A DNA stretch of 64,000 nt from Ranitomeya imitator (Eukaryota): the NCBI RefSeq assembly GCF_032444005.1, contig NC_091291.1:30752001-30816000 (forward strand), written 5' to 3'. The notes beneath the pieces were generated by a model. It ran no database searches. It saw only the letters and a program-made list of their open reading frames with translations, and had not been told where the DNA came from. Positions 34,276-47,336 of the stretch are shown piece by piece. The translations under genes were made by a program, and so were the position numbers. Position 1 is the stretch's first letter. Every line of letters starts with the position of its first letter.

Positions 34276-37200
34276 CAGGTGAACGTTCACGCGAATGTCA
34301 TATCATTTACCCAAATGAAAGGGTTCTTGAAGGGCGTAGCCTATATATTTTTTATTTTTGCACTTCTAATTTTTCCTCTCGTTTTTCCAAAAGCCCCTTC
34401 TTTTTTTTTTTTTTTTTTTTTCTTCTTTTTCTCCATCGACATACCCTTATAAGGGCTTTTTTTTTTTTTTTTTTTTTTTGCTGCAGGGATGAGTCCAAAT
34501 TTTGATTAAAGTCGTGAAAAAAATTCCAAGTGAGGAGAAATAATGAAAAAAAAAAAAAAAATGAAAGTAAAACAATGACTTCCTTGGACTTTGTTTTCAC
34601 TGCATTAAGTGTGCAGTAAAAAAAAAAAAGACTGGTCAATATGATTCTCTGTACCATTACACCGATGCCAAACGTGCATCGTTTTCGATTTCAGCAGCTT
34701 AAACAATTAATAAATATGTAAAGGCAAAAAAAAAAAACTGATTTGTGTCACCATTTTCTGAAAATTTTTCTTTATTTCTCCCACAAATTTAAATGTATTT
34801 TATTGGGATTTTATGTGATCCCAACACAAAGTAGTAATAGCTTGTGACGTGTCAAGGAAATGATACATGGGTTTTCTAAATATTTAAAAAATATAAATCT
34901 GAAAATTATGATGTGCATTTGTATTCTTCCCCTCCCTTGAGTAATTACTTTGTAGGACCACCTTTCGCTACAATTACTGCTGCCGTCTTTTGGGGTCTGT
35001 CCCTACCAGCTTTGCACATCTAGAGGAGACATTTTTGCCCTTTCTTTGCACATTCGCTCATTGAGAGTGTATGGTGGCGTCTGTGATCATCAATTTTCAC
35101 GTCTTGTCACAGACTCTCTGGGATTTACAGTAGGTGTGGATGAGACTGGGCCGTTCACACACATGAATATGCTTTGATATAAACCCTCTATTGTAGCTCT
35201 GGAAGTATGTTTAGGGTTGTTTTCCTGCTGGAAGGTGAACCTAAGCCCCAGTCTCAAGGCTTTTACTGCCTCTATCAGGTTTTCCTGCAGGATTGCACTG
35301 TATTTAGCGCACTTCATTTTCTCATAAACTCTGACTAGCTTCCCTGCCCCTGCTGAAGAAAAGCCTCCCCACAGCATGATGCTGCCACCACCATGTTTGA
35401 CAGTGAGGATGGTGTTTTCCAGGTGGTGATTGGTGTTAATTTTCCTTCACACATGAGCTTGAATCTCTGCAGCTCCTCCAGAGTGACCATGGGCCTCTTG
35501 GCTGTTTCTCTAATTAGTGCTCTCCTCACTGGGATGTTAATTTAGGTGGAAGGCCATGTCTTGGCAGGTTTGCAGTTGTGCCATACTCTGTCCATTTTTG
35601 GATGATGGACTCAACAGTGCTCCATGAGATGTTCAGAGCTTGGACTTTTTTTTAATAACCTAACCCTGAAGAGTCTTCACAACTTTATGCCTGACCTGCC
35701 TGGTGGCCTCCTTGGTTTTCATGATGCTGTTTGATTCCTAATGTTCTCAAACAAACCTCTGAGGCTTTCACAGAACACCTGTAGTTATACTGGGAAGACA
35801 TTACACAGGGGTGGACTCCATTTACTAATTATGTGACTTCTGGAGGCAATTGGTCACTCGGGATTTTATTTAGGGGCTTAATTCAAATGCACGTCTCAAT
35901 TTTCAGACTTATATTTTTAAAATAATTAGAAAACCATGTATTACTTCCTTTACACTTCCTAAATACTTCCTATTTTGTGGTGGTATATCACATAAAATCC
36001 CAATAAAATGCAATTGTGTCACGAGGGAAGTCTGGTGGGCACTCCGGATAGGATCGTACCGCTTTTAAATACAGCTGTCGGTTGTTGACAGTGGCTTTTA
36101 AGGGGTTAACTGCGGCGATCACTTGTTCACTTTTCCTTTTAACAGCCATGAAATCGGGGAACCGCGGCAAATGGGCCTTCTTGTTCAGTCTGTCAGAACT
36201 CAAGTCTGTGCGTAAAAGCAAGATGGGCCTGAGCTGGTCGTATCTGATATTCACTACTAAGGACGGGGTGTCCTTCCAAGCTCTTCATTTTCATCAAGGT
36301 GGAACGAAAGCTCTGCTGAAGGCCCTCCGGAAGTATGTTATACTGGCCGTGTAAGTAGTGAACTTGCTTTATCTAATCATTTAACCGTGTGGGGGTCGAA
36401 GCTTTGCCTTCTACACCTTGGAGATGTCATGCTTCCAGATTTATGGCATTGCCACAGTATGGCTGCTTCTATAGCCATTCCTCGCCTGGTTGTTGTGGCC
36501 TCCTCGCCTGGTTGTAGCGGCCTCCTCGCCTGGTTGTGGCGTCCTCCTCGCCTGGGTGTGGCGGCCTCCTCGCCTGGTTGTGGCGTCCCTCCTCACCTGG
36601 TTGTAGCATCCTCCTCGCCTGGTTGTGGCGTCCTGCCCGCCTGGTTGTGGCGTCCTCCCCGCCTGGTTGTGGCGTCCTCCCCGCCTGGTTGTAGCGTCCT
36701 CCTCGCCTGGTTGTAGCGTCCTCCTCGCCTGGTTGTAGCGTCCTCCTCGCCTGGTTGGTTGTAGCGTCCTCCTCGCCTGGTTGTAGCGTCCTCCTCGCCT
36801 GGTTGTGGCGGCCTCCTCGCCTGGTTGTGGCGTCCTCCCCGCCTGGTTGTAGCGTCCTCCTCGCCTGGTTGTAGCGTCCTCCTCGCCTGGTTGTAGCGTC
36901 CTCCTCGCCTGGTTGTAGCGTCCTCCTCGCCTGGTTGTAGCGTCCTCCTCGCCTGGTTGTAACGTCCTCCTCGCCTGGTTGCGGCGGCCCTCCTCGCCTG
37001 GTTGCGGCGGCCCTCCTCGCCTGGTTGCGGCGGCCCTCCTCGCCTGGTTGCGGCGGCCCTCCTCGCCTGGTTGCGGCGGCCCTCCTCGCCTGGTTGCGGC
37101 GGCCCTCCTCGCCTGGTTGCGGCGGCCCTCCTCGCCTGGTTGCGGCGGCCCTCCTCGCCTGGTTGCGGCGGCCCTCCTCGCCTGGTTGCGGCGGCCCTCC

Positions 37201-40200
37201 TCGCCTGGTTGTGTATATATCCTGATGCTGCAGGATCAGACTACATGGCTTATTTGTAGTCTGTTACCATGGCGACACACTGACTAGATGGTAGCTGTAC
37301 AGCTAAAATGGCAGGAAATATTTACCAAAAATTGATAGCAAATTTTCTCCATTTACCTTTACATTTATTGGGACAATAGTTAATGATTAGTTGTGAGCGT
37401 GTGACCTCGGGTGAACCAAGGATAAACCAATCAAAGCAAAACTTCGCCTACTATTCCTCCTCGCATTGTTTTATTGCGAGTGCCCTTTGTAATCGCTGCG
37501 GACGAGCTCCGCTTTCCTGCCCGGCTCTACTTCCCCTGAGCAGGCGGCATCCATCAGTGTGTAGTGAGCAGGCAGCACAGCGCTAATGGCGGCTCCCGCT
37601 CCGGAGGAATCGCCCAGCGGCCGCGCTCTTCCCGTCTATTATTGATGAGCTTCATCGTAACCAGACGCTCCAGCTTCACTTACCCCGACGGATCCTGCGG
37701 GCTGCTGACGGATGCGGAGTCCGGGCCATTATGACAGCTTAGGTCCTGCTTAAATTGCTTCTCAAGTGCCTGTCCTGGAAGTCCTTATCAATTAAAGGGA
37801 AGCGGACATTATGCTTACGTATTAATGGCATATTAAAGGGATATTCTAGTGGGTTTATCACTCTCCCCTTCAATGATGAAAGTAAGAGTAAGTCGATCTG
37901 TCATCAGATTTCAGGACCCAAACTATAAACATTATTATACAGGTTTCTCAGACCAGATGAGGCTGCTGTACTTGCTGTGAAAATCCCACATCAGAACGGC
38001 TGCATAATACTGATATTTCAATTGAGACTCCTAAAATGCTAATTTTAATATCTGGCTGGAAGCATTATACATCTGTTCTTTCGTGGATTTCCAAAGTCAG
38101 TACACCAGCCCCGTTAGGTCAAAGGCTTCTATAATGTAATGTATGCAGTTTGTATTGTGAAGTCTGGTGACACGCCGTAAAGCACAGCTCTCCATTTGAC
38201 CCAAAACTGGTAGAAAAGCACAGTCTTGTTTCCTTCATCCCACCCCACAAGTTAAAACTGCTTTCAGTGCACACAGTAGTGTCATACGTGCAGGAACTGT
38301 CCTTAATGTTGTGCTGTCCACTCTGTTTGAGTGGGTGGTTCCTTTTAATCAACATTCTGTCAGCAGTGTAGTTCCAGAGGGGGTCCCGCCTTCCCACCGT
38401 AGTTCGAGGGGGAGTCCTGCCTTCCCGCTGGGGTTCCAGAGGAGTGTTCCGTCTCCTTGCCGTAGTTCCAGAGGGGTGGGTCCCGCCTTCCTGCCGTAGT
38501 TCCAGAGGGGTGGGTCCTGCCTTCCCGCCGTAGTTCCAGAGGGGGAGCCCCACCTTCCCGCCGTAGTTCCAGAGGGGGCGTCCCGCCTTCCCGCCATAGT
38601 TCCAGAGGGGGCGTCCCGCCTTCCCGCCGTAGTTCCAGAGGGGGCGTCCCGCCTTCCCGCCGTAGATCCAGAGGGGAAGTCCCGCCTTCCCGCCGTAGTT
38701 CTAGAGGGGGAGTCCCGCCTTCCCGCCATAGTTCCAGAGGGGGCGTACCGCCATAGTTCCATAGGGGGCGTCCCGCCTTCCCGCCGTAGTTCCATAGGGG
38801 GCGTCCCGCCTTCCCGCCGTAGTTCCATAGGGGGCGTCCCGCCTTCCCGCCGTAGTTCCAGAGGGGGCGTCCCGCCATAGTTCCAGAGGGTGCGTCCCGC
38901 CTTCCCGCCATAGTTCCAGAGGGGGCGTCCCGCCATAGTTCCAGAGGGGGCGTCCCGCCTTCCCGCCGTAGTTCCAGAGGGGGCGTCCCGCCTTCCCGCC
39001 GTAGTTCCAGAGGGGGCGTCCCGCCTTCCCGCCATAGTTCCAGAGGGTGCGTCCCGCCTTCCCGCCGTAGATCCAGAGGGGAAGTCCCGCCTTCCCGCCG
39101 TAGTTCTAGAGGGGGCGTCCCGCCTTCCCGCCATAGTTCCAGAGGGGGCGTCCCGCCATAGTTCCAGAGGGGGCGTCCCGCCTTCCCGCCATAGTTCCAG
39201 AGGGGGCGTCCCGCCATAGTTCCAGAGGGGGCGTCCCGCCTTCCCGCCATAGTTCCAGAGGGGGCGTCCCGCCTTCCCGCCATAGTTCCAGAGGAGGCGT
39301 CCCGCCTTCCCGCCATAGTTCCAGAGGGGGAGTCCCGCCTTCCCGCCGTAGTTCCAGAGGGGGCGTCCCGCCTTCCCGCCATAGTTCCAGAGGGTGCGTC
39401 CCGCCTTCCCGCCGTAGATCCAGAGGGGAAGTCCCGCCTTCCCGCCGTAGTTCTAGAGGGGGCGTCCCGCCTTCCCGCCATAGTTCCAGAGGGGGCGTCC
39501 CGCCATAGTTCCAGAGGGGGCGTCCCGCCTTCCCGCCATAGTTCCAGAGGGGGCGTCCCGCCATAGTTCCAGAGGGGGCGTCCCGCCTTCCCGCCATAGT
39601 TCCAGAGGGGGCGTCCCGCCATAGTTCCAGAGGGGGAGTCCTGCCTTCCCGCTGGGGTTCCAGAGGAGTGTTCCGTCTCCTTGCCGTAGTTCCAGAGGGG
39701 TGGGTCCCGCCTTCCTGCCGTAGTTCCAGAGGGGTGGGTCCTGCCTTCCCGCCGTAGTTCCAGAGGGGGAGCCCCACCTTCCCGCCGTAGTTCCAGAGGG
39801 GGCGTCCCGCCTTCCCGCCATAGTTCCAGAGGGGGCGTCCCGCCTTCCCGCCGTAGTTCCAGAGGGGGCGTCCCGCCTTCCCGCCGTAGATCCAGAGGGG
39901 AAGTCCCGCCTTCCCGCCGTAGTTCTAGAGGGGGAGTCCCGCCTTCCCGCCATAGTTCCAGAGGGGGCGTACCGCCATAGTTCCATAGGGGGCGTCCCGC
40001 CTTCCCGCCGTAGTTCCATAGGGGGCGTCCCGCCTTCCCGCCGTAGTTCCATAGGGGGCGTCCCGCCTTCCCGCCGTAGTTCCAGAGGGGGCGTCCCGCC
40101 TTCCCGCCGTAGTTCCAGAGGGGGCGTCCCGCCTTCCCGCCATAGTTCCAGAGGGTGCGTCCCGCCTTCCCGCCATAGTTCCAGAGGGGGCGTCCCGCCA

Positions 40201-43200
40201 TAGTTCCAGAGGGGGCGTCCCGCCTTCCCGCCGTAGTTCCAGAGGGGGCGTCCCGCCTTCCCGCCGTAGTTCCAGAGGGGGCGTCCCGCCTTCCCGCCAT
40301 AGTTCCAGAGGGTGCGTCCCGCCTTCCCGCCGTAGATCCAGAGGGGAAGTCCCGCCTTCCCGCCGTAGTTCTAGAGGGGGCGTCCCGCCTTCCCGCCATA
40401 GTTCCAGAGGGGGCGTCCCGCCATAGTTCCAGAGGGGGCGTCCCGCCTTCCCGCCATAGTTCCAGAGGGGGCGTCCCGCCATAGTTCCAGAGGGGGCGTC
40501 CCGCCTTCCCGCCATAGTTCCAGAGGGGGCGTCCCGCCTTCCCGCCATAGTTCCAGAGGAGGCGTCCCGCCTTCCCGCCATAGTTCCAGAGGGGGAGTCC
40601 CGCCTTCCCGCCGTAGTTCCAGAGGGGGCGTCCCGCCTTCCCGCCATAGTTCCAGAGGGTGCGTCCCGCCTTCCCGCCGTAGATCCAGAGGGGAAGTCCC
40701 GCCTTCCCGCCGTAGTTCTAGAGGGGGCGTCCCGCCTTCCCGCCATAGTTCCAGAGGGGGCGTCCCGCCATAGTTCCAGAGGGGGCGTCCCGCCTTCCCG
40801 CCATAGTTCCAGAGGGGGCGTCCCGCCATAGTTCCAGAGGGGGCGTCCCGCCTTCCCGCCATAGTTCCAGAGGGGGCGTCCCGCCATAGTTCCAGAGGGG
40901 GCGTCCCGCCTTCCCGCCATAGTTCCAGAGGGGGCGTCCCGCCATAGTTCCAGAGGGGGCGTCCCGCCATAGTTCCAGAGGGGGCGTCCCGCCTTCCCGC
41001 CATAGTTCCAGAGGGGGCGTCCCGCCATAGTTCCAGAGGGGGCGTCCCGCCATAGTTCCAGAGGGGGCGTCCCGCCTTCCCGCCATAGTTCCAGAGGGGG
41101 CGTCCCGCCATAGTTCCAGAGGGGGCGTCCCGCCTTCCCGCCATAGTTCCAGAGGGGGCGTCCCGCCATAGTTCCAGAGGGGGCGTCCCGCCATAGTTCC
41201 AGAGGGGGCGTCCCGCCTTCCCGCCATAGTTCCAGAGGGGGCGTCCCGCCATAGTTCCAGAGGGGGCGTCCCGCCTTCCCGCCATAGTTCCAGAGGGGGC
41301 GTCCCGCCTTCCCGCCATAGTTCCAGAGGGGGCGTCCCGCCTTCCCGCCATAGTTCCAGAGGGGGAGTCCCGCCTTCCCGCCGTAGTTCCAGAGGGGGCG
41401 TCCCGCCTTCCCGCCATAGTTCCAGAGGGGGCGTCCCGCCTTCCCGCCATAGTTCCAGAGGGGGCGTCCCGCCTTCCCGCCATAGTTCCAGAGGGGGCGT
41501 CCCGCCTTCCCGCCATAGTTCCAGAGGGGGAGTCCCGCCTTCCCGCCGTAGTTCCAGAGGGGGAGTCCCGCCTTCCCGCTGCAGTTCCAGAGGGAGGGGG
41601 TCCCGCCTTCCCGCCGGGGTCCATTTGCACAGGGGCTTCATCCAGCACCTCCATATTCTGACCCATTGGGCTGTAGAAGCTGCTCCTAGAGCCGGACCCT
41701 TTATCTTTCCTTCTTTGGGATGAGGGAAGCCTCGGAGCCATCTTCTTGTGTTCGGATTGTAGTGCTGCTTCCTCGCAGTCGGCACCCGCTGAGTCCAGCA
41801 ATCCCCGCTCTGACATTGAGTGTTAATAGCGATGTCTGCATCATCACAAAGCTGATAACTGCTGATGAGGAGCCGCGGTCCTTGGGTCTGATTTGTGCTG
41901 CAAGGACAGAATAGCCGAGATGGATCTCATTGGTATTAGAGCCGGTGATTGTCAGTGACAGCAGCGAGAACCTGCCGCGCCCAGCGCCCCCCGTTTACAC
42001 ATCCACTCCCTTTTACTATTTACATCAAACGCCATAATAAAGACCAGATTAGTCAGTAAGTTTCTGATTTTTAAAGGGAAATTCTTTCTTTTTAATTATT
42101 TTGGTCCCAAAACAGCCAAGCAATCTGGACCTTCAGCAGCGTTTCGCCCCAGCCGTGCTTACTCATTGGGTTCAGATTATTTTATTTAGGGTCTATGTTT
42201 CTGTAATGACAATTTTTTTTATGTTTTCAGGTCTCCGAAGGATTCTCGCCTCTTTTTGGTTTATCCCCATGACACTCATGCCCTCTCCCACTCCTTCGAT
42301 GAACTCCAAATGTTTGACGATGGCTCCTCTGACTTGGTGTCTGTGAGTTCACGTCATTTTTCGAATCTCGAAAGAAATACTATTGGATGAAAACCGTTAC
42401 TTCTCGATTTATTCAGTGTGGAGTCTGAGCACCACGCGCAGAAATCCCGGCACTTACAGCTTTGAGGTTATTAATGATTGTTTGTGGAAGGTTCTGCTGT
42501 TGAATGCATTTGGGCAATTCATCAAGATCCGCTGCTGGCAGCTCCTGTGTAATCACCGACCGATGTGCTCGATGGGAGACAAGTCTGGAGAGGCCGCAGC
42601 CATGGTGGCACGTTTAGGCCACGCAGGTTGGTCATAGTAACATGATCAATGTGCGACCCGGGGTTGTCTTGTTGGAAAAATGGCCGCACCACTGGTTCCA
42701 TGACCAAATCAATGAAATGCCAAACCACACCTGAACACCGAAGAGGCCCCTGCACAAATGTTGCTCATCCCAAACCTTCTCCCACGGCTGCGGCGTCTCC
42801 ACACTTGTCTCCCATCAAGCACATCTGGGACGCCATTGGTTGGTGATTACAAAAGGAGCTGCCAGCAGCGGATCTTGATGATTCGTCAGACTGCATTCAG
42901 CGGCAGACGACCATTAATGACCTCACTGATGGAAATGGCGCTCAGACTCCAGACTGACTAAATCAAGAGGTTTTGAAGATGCTGTTTCCACTTTTTTCCA
43001 TCATTTGCAGATCAGTAAAGTCTCCAACATTCCTGGCACAGTATATACATTTTTATTTTTTCATTTTCTCTAGAGATTTTTCCAAGATCCGTATTCTGCA
43101 ACGTTCGGCGGCTTCTCCAAAGTGACCAACTTCTTCCGCGGAGCCTTACGGCACCAGGACGGCCATCACCAAAGACCCCTATCCGAGATGGCAGTCGGTC

Positions 43201-46200
43201 TGGAGGATGAACCAGGCTTTGAAGTGATCACCTGTGTGAGTAATCAGTTATTTTCCACCCATCTCGGCCCCCCGAGGACTGCGGGGGTGCATCGAACGAG
43301 GTTTGGTAAATTTAAAGGGCTTTATGCAGCAGCTTTCACTTACAGTTCCCTGCGTTAAATGGAGTCTTGGGTATCGTTATTGTGGGCTCGGGCTGTAATC
43401 TCACATCCAGAAATCTGTTTCAGCAAGTGGAGCTGGGCGAGCGTCCAGTCATCCAGCGCCAGGCGGCCGTCAGCGAGCAGGAATGGGAATCCTACATTGA
43501 TTCTGAAGGTCGAGTGATGAATGTGGACGGCTTGAAAAAAAGGATATTTTCTGGGGTAAGTGCGGCTGCCCGGATCAGCTCTGTACACTGCAGTATTCAC
43601 TGCAGATCCCCGTCCAAAAAAAAAAAAAGCATCTGCTGCTCGCACTTCCATCTAAGCCCACTAGATGGCGCCATTTCTCGGCGCTAGGTCCACTGCAGAT
43701 ATCACATCTACTTAATGTAATGCGCTGCTGTTCATTTCATTATATATTTTTTTTTAAGGGATTGTGCCAAGGGCTCAGAAAAGATGCTTGGAAGTACGTC
43801 CTGGGCTATTATCCATGGGATAGCACAGCGGAAGACAGAAAATCTTTAGTACGGAGAAAAACGTAAGCAAATGGCTGAATTAGGTGGCGTGAGACCCCTA
43901 GTGGACAGGATGGCTAGTGCAATGCTTGTGCAGTCACTGTCATACCCGCAGTTCTGTCTCTGCATACACTGGCTTTCTTTCCAAATACAACCCCTGGCAA
44001 AAAAATGATGGAATCACCGGCCTTGGAGGATGTTCATTCAGTTGTTTAATTTTGTAGAAAAAAAGCAGATCACAGACACGGCACAAAGCTAAAGTCAATT
44101 CAAATGGCAACTTTCTGGTTTTAAGGAACACTAAAAGAAATCAAGAACAAAAAATGTGGTAGTCAGTAATGGTTACTTTTTTAACCAAGCATAGGGGAAA
44201 AATTATGGAATCACTCAATTCTGAGAAATTATGGAATCATGAAAAACAAACAAAAAAAACCCTCCAACACATCACTAGTATTTTGTTGCACCACCTCTGG
44301 CTTTCTAACAGCTTGCAGTCTCTGGGGCCTGGACTTAATGAGTGTCACACAGGACTCTTCATCAATCCGGCTCCACCTTTCCCTGATTACTGTCCCCAGA
44401 TCAGATTTGCAGGTTGGATTCTTGTCATGGACCATTTTCTACAACTTCCACCAAAGATTTTCCATTGGATTGAGATCCGGACTATTTGCAGCCATGACAT
44501 TGACCTTATGTGTCTATTTTCAAGGAATGTGTGCAGTTTTTGAGGATGCATCATCATCATGAAAAATGATTTCTTCATCCCCCAAACATCCTTTCAATTG
44601 ATGGGATAAGAAAAGTGTCCAAAATATCAACATAAACTTGTGCATTTATTGAAGATGTGATGACAGCCGTCTCCCCAGTGCCTTTACCTGACATGCAGCC
44701 CCATATCATCAATGACTGAGGAAATTTGCATGTTCTCTTCAGGCAGTCATCTTTATAAATCTCATTGGAACGGCACCAAACAAAAGTTCCAGCATCATCA
44801 CCTTGCCCAATGCAGATTCGCGATTCATCACTGAATATCATTGCTTTTCCTTAGCCCATTGTAATCTTGTTTTTTTCTGTTTAGGTGTTAGTGATGGCCT
44901 TCGTTTAGCTTTTCTGTATGTAAATCTCATTTCCTTTAGGCGGTTTCTTACAGTTCGGTCACAGACGTTGACTCCAGTTTCCTCCCATTCGTTCCTCATT
45001 TGTTTTGTTGTGCATTTCCTGTTTTGGAGACATATTGCTTTAAGTTTCCGGTCTTGACGCTTTGATGTCTTCCTTGGTCTACCAGTATGTTTGCCTTTAA
45101 CAACCTTCCCATGTTGTTTGTATTTGGTCCATATTTTAGACACCGCTGACTGTGAACAACCAACATCTTTTACAACCAATTATCTTTTGATAATCCTCTC
45201 CTTTGTTTCAATTGATATCTCTCGTGTTGGAGCCATGATTCATGTCAGTCCACTTGGTGCAACAGCTCTCCAAGGTGTGATCACTCCTTATTAGATGCAG
45301 AATAATGAGCAGATCTAATTTGATGCAGGTGTTAGTTTGGGGTATGAAAATTTACAGGGTGATTCCATAATTTTTTCCTCAGAATTGAGTGATTTCATAA
45401 TTTTTCCCCTATGCTTGGTTAAAAAAAGTAACCATTACTGACTACCACATTTTTTGCTCTTGATTTCTTTTAGTGTTTCTTAAAGCCAGAAAGTTTCCAT
45501 GTGAAATGACTTAACTTTTGTGCCTTGTCTGCGATCTGCTTTTTTTTCTACAAAATTAAACAACTGAATGAACATCCTCCAAGGCCGGTGATTCCATAAT
45601 ATTTGCCAGGGGTTGTATAAAGTAAGAATGGATGTTATACACTAGTTTATTGTTTGGGTTCTTGAGCCCCATCATTAATCGTTTATGGGACAGCTTGGTA
45701 CTGTGCTTTCTCCTGCAGTCCTATAGACAATGAATGGTGCAGCTGTCGAGCATCCATGCCATTCATTGGTGTAGATGCTCCATTTTTCCTATTGTTCCTA
45801 GCTTTTGGACCTCCAGTTATCCCGAAAACCGTGTTCTGCTTGACCCCTCCGCTCCTTCTTGGCTACCTCCATCAGTCCCATAGACTGGAGCAGAGGTCGT
45901 GCGTCCACGCCACTCATTGACTGGCAGCAATAGCCAAGCGCTGTACTGAGTGCAGACCCAATGTGCACCCCCGTTCTCAGGACCCTGGGGTCCATTTTTT
46001 GGCATTTCTATGGGTCGCATCTTCCGGGCCTCAAGTTATCTTTGGATCCTGAGATAATGCAAAAATACCAAAACTTTCATTATCTTTTACAAGGTAAAGC
46101 AATGTACAAATTGTACAATGACACAGGTTCTTATATTTTACAGTATATCACAAAAGTGAGTACACCCCTTACCTTTTTTTTTTTTTTTTTTATTTTGTTA

Positions 46201-47305
46201 TTGCGGTATATCTTTCATGGGGCAACACTGAAGATCTGACACTTTGATACAATGTATCTTGTAAATTATGTGTGCCCTAAACTGCTGGCAACAAAAGTGA
46301 GTACACCCCTGAGTGAGAATGGCCAAATTGTGCCCAATTATCTATTTTCCCTCCCTGGTGTCATGTGACTCATTAGTATACAAGGCCTAAGGTGTGAATG
46401 GGTAGCAGGGGGGGTTCATTTGCGGTCATCGCTCTCACACTCTCTCATACCGATCACTGGAAGTTCAGCATGGCTGCTCATGGCAAAAAACTTTAAAGAT
46501 TTGAAAAAAAGGACTATTGCTCTAGATAAAAATGGCCGAGGATATAAGAAGATCGCCAACACCCTGAAACAGTTTGCTGAAGACAAGCTGACTGGAACCT
46601 CGTCCTGTGGTCTGATGAGACCAATATAAACTTATTTGGTTCAGATGGTGTCAAGTGTGTGCAGCTGCAACCAGGGGAGGAGTACAAAGATAAGTGTGTC
46701 CTGCCTACAGTCAAGCATGGTGGTAGGAGTGCCATGGTTTGGGGCTGCATGAGTGCTGCTGGCTGGGAGGAGCTGCAGGTCATTGAGGGAACTGTGAATG
46801 CCAACATGTACTGTGACACACTGAAGCAGCTCGCTTAATCAGAAACTGGGCCAAAGGGCAGTATTCTAACTACTGTACATTGTTTCACAGCGTCAGATCC
46901 TCAGTGTTGTCCCATGAAAATATATATATGTAAAACATTTTCCAAAAATATGTATTTTNNNNNNNNNNNNNNNNNNNNNNNNNNNNNNNNNNNNNNNNNN
47001 NNNNNNNNNNNNNNNNNNNNNNNNNNNNNNNNNNNNNNNNNNNNNNNNNNNNNNNNNNNNNNNNNNNNNNNNNNNNNNNNNNNNNNNNNNNNNNNNNNNN
47101 NNNNNNNNNNNNNNNNNNNNNNCCCTGGATCTGCCCCCATACACCTTCCCTACAGCTCCTACCAAACATCCCCACAGTCCCTATCCCTATTGCCTTTATA
47201 CACTGGCTTTGGCAAAACTGATGCGTATTTGGTCCTGCCAATAAAGCTTCTTTGAATCTTGAATCATACATATATTTTCATGAGACAACACTGAGGATCT
47301 GATTT

Positions 47306-47336
<31 letters not shown>

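Noticed and set aside
38119-41816. Minus-strand ORFs up to 679 aa, including one with a unique N-terminus (MSERGLLD...)
   Set aside because: They are produced by the stop-poor strand of the 33/25-bp array. The ~70-aa unique leader has no recognisable domain; an L1 5'-end remnant is possible but unsupported.
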